Assembly (NCBI RefSeq): GCF_035084215.1
Contig: NW_027138407.1
Coordinates: 1,488,001-1,552,000 of the forward strand
Reading direction: 5' to 3'
DNA length: 64,000 nt
Source of the DNA: Heptranchias perlo
Lineage: Eukaryota
The notes beneath the pieces are model-generated. The model saw only the letters and a list, made by a program, of their open reading frames with translations. It searched no databases and had not been told where the DNA came from. Positions 1-9,129 of this stretch are shown one piece after another. Each line of letters opens with the position of its first letter. Positions within the stretch are counted from its first letter, which is position 1. A program made the position numbers and the translations under genes.

Positions 1-948
1 AATCTCGTCTGCACTTCCTCAAATATCTTACAATTTTCTGTCCAAAGATACCGCACTCCGAAATAATCCATTGTTCCTGAAGAACTCTGAGTGGTTTCTG
101 TGAGACGTGAGAATCGATGGCACAAGTCAAAGCTTTTTCATTCTATTTTTGCTGTAATGCGCTGGAGTTTAAAATAGTTTCAAATTATCACTGCAAAGAT
201 ATGATTTCTTCCTTCCTTTCTTCTTTCCTTCATTTTCATTTCTTCCAGTTACACCCTAAGATAAGATTAATTTATACAATCTAGAGAGACGTTTTACTTC
301 AAAGGGACAATAAAGTATTCCTGCACTTGAAGGCAAATTAAAATATATTCTATATTTTACATGCAAGATCAGTAATACGCGGTAGGTATCTACAGACCCC
401 TGTGTTGATTGTCTCGACAATTAATTATGTTGAGTCCGCTCTTTATTTGTAAATTAAATTCTGATGCCCAGTCTATATCTGAAGCGTCACGAGGGACATG
501 ACAAGTAGACATCTCTCTTCAAAGCTGCCGGTGTTACCACTGGATTTGAACTTGTACCAGTAAAGTGCTGATTTCAGTCATTCACTATTTCTAACCCAGG
601 AGCTTTGAACAGTGAACCCCTGAGTCCGCCCTTTGAGATGAGACAGCTTCTGAACGATGTGACCCGACGGATCTGCACCAGATCCAGGACTTTTACTTGT
701 ACATATTGTTCCTATTATCCATCCCAGTGATCTGCAAGTCGGAGCTAACAGGGGGCTGGAAATGTCTGAATTTGACCCTGGATTAAATGGTTGATAAATG
801 TCACATTTCCCAACACTGACAGCACTGACCTTAATTGTAGAAATCCGCTCGGAACAGGGTGTATTTTCGCATTAATCTCCTGTAAAATACTCTGGGATTC
901 AATCCCTGGTATTTTCCCGGATCCCACACTTGACGCCGACTTGTGCCC

Positions 949-987
949 TGTTTTTGTATGAGGCCCGAGGGACCGCTATTCACTGTG
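949..987 (-). promoter_or_regulatory. 23-RSS of V1
   Basis: CACAGTG (981-987), 23-bp spacer, ACAAAAACA (949-957) on the minus strand. Confidence 0.95.
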
Positions 988-1297
988 GGTCTCAGTGCAC
1001 AGTAATACACGGCGCTGTCTGTGATCTTCAAGCGTTTCACGGATAAGCGAAAAGTTCCTTGTGTCTGGTTGAGATTCGCTCGGAAGTGTTGAAAGCCTGA
1101 AGCCGTGTCGTTATACCCATAACTGTCGGCTCTGAGCATATACTGAGGGGCTCGGTGGTGATACTGGCGGTACCAGAATAGGCAATAGTTTGTAGCTGAG
1201 CCCGATACTGAGTAACTGCAGGTTATTGCTGAATCTGCATCCTCTTCTGATCCGACTCCTTGTTCTGACTGGGACACCGAGTCTCCGTTACTCATCT
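988..1297 (-). pseudogene. TCR alpha/delta V exon, divergent family A (V1); open frame but no leader exon (ORF/pseudogene)
   Basis: Ig-V motifs DSVSQ..C..LFWYRQ..DSAVYYCALR. Acceptor tgtttatttgcag precedes 1297 (phase 1). Canonical 23-RSS at 949-987. No leader or donor between 1298 and the CR1 fragment at ~1430. Confidence 0.8.
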
Positions 1298-1811
1298 CTG
1301 CAAATAAACAGTGGATACAAGGCGGGTTATACAGAGGGATAGACAGTGAATAGAGAAGGAGATAGGAGTTTGCATGAGAATTGGAGGATATTGTTGGAAG
1401 TTTCCAATTTAACTTTCATTGGAAAATGTACCCGAGGGAAGATGAGGAGAATTTGTTTTACGCAGCGAGTTGCAATGATCTGGAATGCACTGCATGAAAG
1501 GGTGGTGGAAGCAGATTCAACCGTAAATTTCAAAAGGGAACTCAACAAATACTTAAAGGGAAAATATTCATCGAGATATGGGAAAAGAGCAGGGTAATGG
1601 AACGAATTGGATAGCTCTTTTAAAGAGCCGGCACAGGCACGATGGGCCGAATCTCCTCCTCATGTGCTGGGCCTACTCTGATATATTATACTGTGATTTT
1701 ATGTCTGTCGGTGACGGTGCCTCTGTCTATCTGTCTGTCTTTCTTTATTTCTATCTACCTTTCAGTTCACTAGCGCACTAATTCAGTGAGAGGAAGTGAG
1801 AGGCCTTTGCA

Positions 1812-1850
1812 GGTTTTTGTACGGTCTGACTGCGCCTCTGTAACAGTGTG
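1812..1850 (-). promoter_or_regulatory. 23-RSS of V2 (representative of family B; other coordinates are in the V entries)
   Basis: CACACTG (1844-1850), 23-bp spacer, ACAAAAACC (1812-1820). Confidence 0.93.
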
Positions 1851-2288
1851 GGGCTCATCGCACAGAGATACACGGCAGAGTCAGAGACAAGAGCCCCGGT
1901 GATATTTAAAGGAACCATTTTCTTGGCTTTGTCCAAATTAGCAGAGAACCGGTCTGCGAAATCTGAAGACTTATCTCCCTGCCCCGAGCTGTATCTTTTC
2001 AGTAAATATCTCGGAGCTTCCCCGGGATACTGGATGTACCAGAAGAGAGTTGGGGCATTATCTGTTGTCGAGTAGCTGCAGTTCAGTATTACGGTCTGTC
2101 CTTCCTGAACCGTTAATTCAGGCGGATCCTGGGACACTGAGTCTGCGCCAATCGTTCCTGTAACAAAATACAGAATGCGTCAAAAGCCTGAGAGTAAGTA
2201 TAATCTATGAAACACACACTGACTATTGAAACAGAGACTCACCGGGCAGCACGATCATTATTATCAGTAAGAAACATGGGGAACGCAT
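1851..2288 (-). CDS. TRAV: TCR alpha/delta V segment V2 (family B)
   Basis: Leader 2243-2288 (MRSPCFLLIIMIVLP-G/gtgagt), intron 2158-2242, V exon 1851-2157 (C..LFWYIQ..DSAVYLCAMS), RSS 1812-1850. Confidence 0.9.
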
Positions 2289-2339
2289 GATGTGCAGTTT
2301 AGAGTTCGACAGAAAATAGCGGAATGCTTTCAATATGTT

Positions 2340-2490
2340 GACACTTCTGGTCTGATATTAAAGAGTAAACTGAGCTCAGGGGCAGGATTCACTCATTGGA
2401 AAACAGAGGGGCGTTTCCCAGGGACCGGATTGGCTGGTCTGTCAGAACTGATGCCAGCTGTGTACCAATCACAGTGATTTGAGGACTAAT
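2340..2490 (-). promoter_or_regulatory. Conserved family-B V promoter (repeated upstream of every leader)
   Basis: ~50-200 bp upstream of ATG: CCAAT boxes (attgg 2395-2399, 2429-2433; ccaat 2465-2469), E-box cagctg 2455-2460, GC box ggggcg. Conserved across units. Confidence 0.6.
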
Positions 2491-2499
2491 TAACCGACG

Positions 2500-2830
2500 G
2501 CTCTCTCCGAATGCTTTCCTTCCCTGTCTGTGTCTGTCTGTCTGTTTCATTTTCTATCTCTGTGTTTCTCTGTCAATCTTCCTGTCTCCCTCTCGCTTTT
2601 TCTCCCATTCTGTCTGCTTACCTCTGTGTCTCTATCCCCATACCGCACTCTATCTCTGTCTCTGTCTTTCTCCGTTTATCATTCTCTATATCTCCGTCAT
2701 TTCTATGCCTCTCTCTGCCTCAATCTCTTCTTCTCGTTCTCTCTCTAACTACAATTCGCACTCTCTTTCTCAGTCTCTCTCTCTCTCTCTCTCTGGCTCT
2801 CTATCTTCCTCTCGATCTCACTCTCTCTCA
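2500..2830 (+). repeat. CT-rich degenerate microsatellite / polypyrimidine tract (300-450 bp, upstream of every family-B promoter)
   Basis: (CT)n/(CTGT)n low-complexity sequence; source of many spurious S/L-rich ORFs. Confidence 0.9.
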
Positions 2831-3026
2831 TCAAGGTGACAAGCAAAAACTATCTGCATCAGGCTCGATCCCAGGTACCACGCAGTTCTCTCCAGTCTGA
2901 ACTCCAGAAAAAAGAGACTGCCTTTACAGGGCCTTGGATGGCAGACGCTAAAACAACAAAAGGAATCTCATCAGATGTTCTGGGGTTTCTTTTTCTGCCC
3001 ATTTGTGTCTCTCGAAACAATCATTT

Positions 3027-3061
3027 CCTGCAGATGGCGTTCAGAGAGCGCCCTCCTGTGG
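3027..3061. promoter_or_regulatory. Paired CTCF-like motifs (repeated in essentially every unit)
   Basis: CCTGCAGATGGCGTT (+, 3027-3041) and CCACAGGAGGGCGCT (-, 3047-3061), compared by eye with core CCASYAGRKGGCRSY. A weaker third copy is at 3282-3296. Confidence 0.6.
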
Positions 3062-3404
3062 ACAGCACAAGCCTCACACAGTTCATTGGAAATACAAACA
3101 AAACAGATATAATCACAAAGAGACAGAGAGATTAACAAACGCAAACACACACACATATATGAATATGCATACATGCAAACATAAACCCAGATGCACATAA
3201 TGGTTGATATCTTTGGAGATTATTGATCTGCATTCAGCTCCAAGTTGATAAAAATGACTGATTTTTAACAATTGATCAGAGAACGCCCTCCTGTGTATAT
3301 TATAATCCTCACATGCAGCACACAGACACAAACACGGACAGACGGACACTAACGGCTTGACTGCGCCTCTCACATGAAGAAAACGCAAAGACCAGCAATT
3401 ACAA

Positions 3405-3780
3405 AACTCATGAACGGTTTTGATAGTGTAAATAAGGAGAAACTGTTTCCAATGGTCGAAGGGTCGAAAACCAGAGGACACAGATTGAAGGACTTCTGCA
3501 AAATTGCCAGAGGCGACATCAGGAAATATTTCTTTTATGCAGCGAATTATAATGATCTGGAATGCACTTCCTGAAAGGACGGTGGAAGCAGATTCAACAG
3601 TAACTTTCAAAAGGGAATTCGATAAATAATTGAAGGGAAAATATTTAAAGGGCTTTGGGGAAAGAGCAGAGTAATGGGTCAAATTGGATCGCTCTTTCAA
3701 AGAGCAGGCACAGGCACGATGGCCGAATGGCCTCCCCATTTGCTGTACCTACTCTGATACCATGATACTATGATACTATG
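3405..3780 (+). mobile_element. CR1 LINE 3' fragment (ORF2 C-terminus + 3'UTR), co-amplified in every unit
   Basis: TRGH..K / FF.QRV..IWNALPE.VVEA.S..FK..LD.Y motif, gatgggccgaatggcctcct 3'UTR and (atactatg)n tail. Copies at ~1430, 5465, 8165, 10440, 13135, 15200, 17850, 20865, 23760, 27595, 29822, 32675, 35527, 38380, 41270, 44195, 46885, 48310, 51205, 53900, 55325, 58178, 61028, 63950. Confidence 0.88.
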
Positions 3781-3916
3781 TCTGTTGGTGCTTCTATATA
3801 TCTATCTATCTTTCTTTCTATCTACCTATCAGTTCACTAGCGCACCAATTCAGTGAGAGGAGGTGAGAGACCTAGCTGGTTTTTGTACAGTCTGACTGCG
3901 CCCCTGTAACAGTGTG

Positions 3917-4356
3917 CGGGCTCCATGGCACAGAGATACACGGCAGAGTCAGAGACAAGAGCCCCGGTGATATTTAAAGGAACCTTTTTGTTGCCTTTGT
4001 CCAAATAGGCAGAGAACCGGTCAGGGAAGTCTGAAGACTTATCTCCCTGCCCCGACGTGTACCTCCTCAGTAAATATCTCGGAGCTTCCCCTGGATACTG
4101 AATGTACCAGAAGAGAGTTGGGTCACTGTCTGTTGTCGAGTAACTACAGTTTAATATTACAGTCTGTCCTTCCTGAACCGTTAATTCAGGCGGATCCTGG
4201 GACATTGTGTCTTCGCCACACGTTCCTGTAACAAATTACAGAATGTGTCAAAAGTCTGGCAGCAAATATAACCCATGAAACACACACTGACCATTTAAAC
4301 ATAGACTCACCGGACAGCACGACCATTATTATCAGTAAGGAACACAGGGAGCACAT
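3917..4356 (-). CDS. TRAV: TCR alpha/delta V segment V3
   Basis: Leader 4311-4356, V exon 3917-4225 (3' end 2 nt longer), RSS 3878-3916. Confidence 0.9.
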
Positions 4357-5993
4357 GGTGTCCTGTATAAACTTCAACAGAAAATAGCGGAATGTTTTCA
4401 ATATGTTGACACTTCTAGTCTGACATTAACGAGTAAATTCAGATCAGGGGCAGGATTCACTTATTGGAAAATTAAGGGGCGTTTCCCAAGAATCGGATTG
4501 GCTGGTCTCTCTTAACTGATGCCAGCTGTGCACCAATCACAGTTAGTTGTGGACTAATTAAATGATGGCTCTCTCCTTCTGCTTTCCTTCCCAGTCTGTG
4601 TCTGTCTGTCTCATTTACTTTCTGTTTGTCTCTCTGTCAATCTTTCTGACTCCCTCTCGCTTTTTCACTCTTTCTGTCCGCTTAACTCTGTGTCTCTATC
4701 CCTATACCACACTCTGTCTCTATTTCCGTTTCTGTCCGTCTGTTTCTCTCTCGCTGTCTCTGACACTCAATTTCTCTGTCTTTCACAATTTCTGTCTGTT
4801 GCTCTGTTTTTCTCTTTCAGTTTCTATGCTTTCCTCTGCCTCAATATCTTCCTCCCTTTCTTGCTCTCTCTCTCTGACCCACTCTCTTACCATATTTCTC
4901 TCCCTCTCTCTCTTTCTATTTCTCTATCTCTATCTCTCTCTCCTTAAGGTGAAAAGTGAAAAAAGAAGCTGCCTTCAAAGGGCATGGGATGGGAGACGTT
5001 GAAACAGCAAACGGATCTCATCAGACGTTCCGTGACTTCTTTTTCATCCCATTTGTGTCTCTCCAAACAATCATTTCCTTCAAATGGCGTTCAGAGAGCG
5101 CCCTCCTGTGCACAGCACAAGCATCACGCAGGTCATTGGAAATACAAACACAACAGATTTGCACACAGTGTGACAGAGACATTAACACACACAAACACAG
5201 ACACACACACATTTGCAGATGCAGACACGACAAAATAAACCCAGTTACACAGAATGGTTGATATCTGTGGAGATTATTGATGTCCATTCAGCTGTAGATT
5301 GTGAAAAAAGACTGATCTTTAACATGTGATCAGAGAACGCCCTCCTGTGTATATTATAATCCTCACAGACAACATTCGACACACAGATACAACCAAGGAA
5401 AGACGGACACTATCTGCTTGACTGTGCCTCTCACATGAAGAAAATAAAAAGACCAGCCATTACATGATTCATGAACGGTTTTGATAGTGTAAATAGGGAG
5501 AATTTGTTTCCAATGGTAGAAGGGTCGGGAACCAAATGACACAGATTGAAGGTAATTCTCAAAATTGCCAGAGGCAACATGGGGAAACATTTTTTTACGC
5601 ATTGTAATGAATTGTAATTATGTGGAATGCACTGTCTGAAAGGGTGGTGGAAGCAGATTCAATAGTAACTTTCAAAAGGGAATTTGATAAATACCGAATC
5701 GGAAAATATTTAAAGGACTATGGGAAAAGAGCACGGTAATAGGACTAAGTGAGTAGTTCATTTAAAGAGCCAGCACAGGCACGATGGGCCGAATAGCCTC
5801 CTCATATGCTTTGCCTACTCTGATATTATGATACTCTCATATTATGTCTGTCGGTGCCGGTGCCTCTGTCTATTTAGCTGTCTATCTTTCTTTCTATCTA
5901 TCTATCAGTTCACTAGCGCACCAATTCAGTGACAGGAGGTGAGAGACATTTGCTGGTTTTTGTACGGACTGACTGCGCCCCTGTAACAGTGTG

Positions 5994-6431
5994 GGCTGCA
6001 TTGCACAGAGATACACGGCAGAGTCAGAGACAAGAGCTCCGGTGATATTTAAAGGAACCGTTTTCTTGGCTTTGTCCAAATTAGCAGAGAACCGGTCTGG
6101 GAAATCTGAAGATTTTTCTCCCTTCTCCGCGTTATATCTCTTCAGTAAATATCTCGGAGCTTCCCCGGGATACTGGATGTACCAGAGGAGGGCTTGGGCA
6201 GCGGATGCTGTCGAGTAACTACAGTTCAGTATTACAGTCTGTCTTTCCTGAACCGTTAATTCAGGCGGATCCTGGGACACTGTGTCTTTGCCACTCGTTC
6301 CTGTAACAAAATACAGAATGTGTCAAAAGTCTGGGAATAAATATAAACCATGAAACACACACTGACCATTTAAACATAGACTCACCGGGCAGAACGATCA
6401 TTATTATCAGCAAGGAACACAAGGAGCACAT
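5994..6431 (-). CDS. TRAV: TCR alpha/delta V segment V4
   Basis: Leader 6386-6431, V exon 5994-6300, RSS 5955-5993. Confidence 0.9.
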
Positions 6432-7602
6432 GGTGTCTGGTTTAGAGTTCGACAGAAAATAGCGGAATATTTTCAATATGTTGACCCTTCTAGTCTGATA
6501 TTAAAGAGTAAACTCAGATCAGGGGCAGGATTCACTTATTGGGAAACAGAGGGACGTTTCCCACTCACACGATTGGCTGGTGTCTCGGAACTGATGCCAG
6601 CTGTGCACCAATCACAGTTAGTTGTGGACTAATTAACTGACGGCTCTCTCCGAACGCTTTCCGTCCCTGTTTGTGTCTGTCTGTCTGTCTCATTTTCTTT
6701 CTCTGTGTCTCTCCGGCAATCTTCATGTCTCCCTCTCGCTTTTTCTCCCTTTCTGTCTGCTTACCTCCGTGTCTCTATCCCTACACCACACTCTCTCTCT
6801 CAGTCTCTGTCTTAATCCGCCTGTCCCCCTCCCTCTGTCTGGGAAACTCTATTTCTCTGTCTTTCTTTGTCTGTCCCTCTCCTTATCTCAGTCATTTCTA
6901 TGCCTCCCTCTGCCTCATTCTCATCCTCTCTTTCTCTCACTCGCTACCTTTCGCACTCTCCTTCTCCGTGTCTCTGTCTCTCTGGCTCTCTCTCTCTCTC
7001 TCTCTCCATCTTTCTCTCTCTCTCTATCCTTCTCTCTCTCACTCTCTCTCTTATTATGGTGACCAGTCTGGATCCCCGGTTTCACCGGGTTCTCCCCACA
7101 ATCAATGAGTTCCATGAATAGTCACCCAGTCTTCAGGTCACGGGGGACATGACAAGTAGACATATCTCTTCAAAGCTGCCGGTGGTACCACTGGATTTGA
7201 ACTTGTACCAGTAAAGTGCTGATTTCAGTCACTCACTATTTCTAACCCTTCGGATCCCAGGGGCTTTGAAGAGTGAAGTCCCTGAGGCCGCCCTTTGAGA
7301 TGAGTCAGCATCTGAACGATGTGACCCGACGGAACTGCACCAGATACAGGATTTTTACTTGTTCAGATTGATCCTGTTATTCATCCCACAAATCTGCAAG
7401 TCGGTGATAACAGGGGGCCGGAAATGTTTGAATTTGACCCTAGATTAAGTGGTTGAGAAATGTCACATTTCCCAACACTGACAGCACTGGCCTTAACGAG
7501 AGAAAACCGCTTGAATCAGGCAGGGAATAATCATACGGGGATGGAGATGAGAAAATGTATCAGGAATGGGGAATATTGTCGGTAGGTTCCAATATCACCG
7601 AC

Positions 7603-7648
7603 CTGTGATCAGGACAATAACCAGAGTCAGGCAGAGTTTCACCTCCAT
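7603..7648 (-). pseudogene. Orphan V leader exon (family A), intact copy
   Basis: ATG GAG GTG AAA CTC TGC CTG ACT CTG GTT ATT GTC CTG ATC ACA G/gtcggt = MEVKLCLTLVIVLITG, 46 nt, phase-1 donor. The downstream sequence resembles the V1 intron. Confidence 0.75.
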
Positions 7649-8692
7649 GATTCCAGTCTGAACTCCAGAAACACGAGTCTGCCTTTACAGGGCCTGGGAT
7701 GGGAGACGCTGAAACAGCAAACGGATCTCATCAGATGTTCTGGGATTTTTTTCCTGCCCATATGTGTCTCTCTGAACAATCATTTCCTGCAGGTGGCGTT
7801 CAGAGAGCGCCCTCCTGTGGACAGCACAAGCCGCACACAGTTCATTGCAAATACAAATGCAGCAGATCTGTTCATAAACACACACAGAGAGACATTCAGA
7901 TTAACACATACAAATACAGACACACACATATGCATACACGTTAACATAAACTCAGATACACATAATGGTTGATATCTGTAGAGATTATTGATGTGCATTC
8001 AGCTGTAAATTGTTGAAGATGACTGATCATTAAGAACTGATCAGAGAACGCTCTCCTGTGTTTATTATAACCAACACATACAGCATTCGACACACAGACA
8101 CAACGAATGACAGACGGACACTAACTGCTTGACTGTGCCGCTCACATGTAGAAAATGCCATTACATGAATCATGAGCGGTTTTGATAGTTTAAATAAGGA
8201 GAAATTGCTTCCAATGGTGGAAGGGTTGGCAGCTAAGGGACACAGATTTAAGGTGATCAGCAAAATTGCCAGAGGCTACAAGACGAATCATTTTATATGC
8301 AGCGAGTTCTTATGATCTGGAATGCACTGCCTGAAAGGGTGGTGGAAGCAGATTCAATCGTAACTTTCAAAAGGGAATTGGATAAATACCTAAAGGGAAA
8401 TTATTTAAAGGGTTCCGGGGAAAGACCTGGATAATGGGACTAAGTGGGTCGTTCTTTTAAAGAGCCAGCACAGGCAAGATGGGCTGAATGGCCTCCTCAT
8501 GTGCTGTGCCCACTCTGATGCTATGACAATGTGATATTATGTCTGTCGGTGCTGGTGCCTCTGTCTATCTGGCTGCCTTTCTTTCTTTCGATCTCTCGAC
8601 ATATCAGTTTACTCAGGCACCAATTCAGTGAGTGGAGGTGAGAGACCTTTTCTGGTTTTTGTACGGTCTGGTTGCGCACCTCTAACAGTGTG

Positions 8693-9129
8693 GACTGCAT
8701 GGCACACAGATATATGGCAGAATCAGAGACGAGAACTCTGGTGATATTTAAAGGAACCGTTTTGTTGGCTTTGTCCAAATTAGCAGAGAACCGGTCTGCA
8801 AAATCTGAAGACTTATCTCCCTGCTCCCCGCTATATCTCCTCAGTAAATATCTCGGAGCTTTCCCGGGATACTGGATGTACCAGAAGAGAGTTGAGAGAC
8901 TGACTGTTGTCGAGTAACTACAGTTCAGTATTACAGTCTGTCCATTCAGAACCGTTAATTCAGGCGGATCCTGGAACACAGAGTCTTTGCCACTCGTTCC
9001 TGTAAAAAAATACAGAATGTGTCAAAATCTGAGGATAAATGTAATCCATGAAACACACACTGACCATTTAAACATAGACTCACCGGGCAGCACGATCATT
9101 ATTATCAGTAAGGAACATGGGGAGCACAT
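8693..9129 (-). CDS. TRAV: TCR alpha/delta V segment V5
   Basis: Leader 9084-9129, V exon 8693-8999, RSS 8654-8692. Confidence 0.9.

Noticed and set aside
1778-1850. C-terminal extensions of V ORFs (PTLLQ.RSQTVQKP...)
   Set aside because: Read-through of the RSS in unrearranged DNA; not part of the mature protein
1848-2075. Recurrent plus-strand 75-aa ORF (MG.MAQRYTAESETRAP...) in most units
   Set aside because: Antisense shadow of the V exon; its conservation is explained by the V gene
2511-2900. S/L-rich and R/E-rich ORFs
   Set aside because: Translations of CT/GA microsatellite tracts
4186-4401. Recurrent 71-aa ORF MKTFRYF..MCSPCSLL..GESMFKW
   Set aside because: 5'UTR, leader and intron read-through from a non-ATG start; the real product is spliced
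7195-7225. Minus-strand ALYWYKF, resembling an Ig C-strand of a degenerate V
   Set aside because: No correctly spaced Cys, YxC motif or RSS around it
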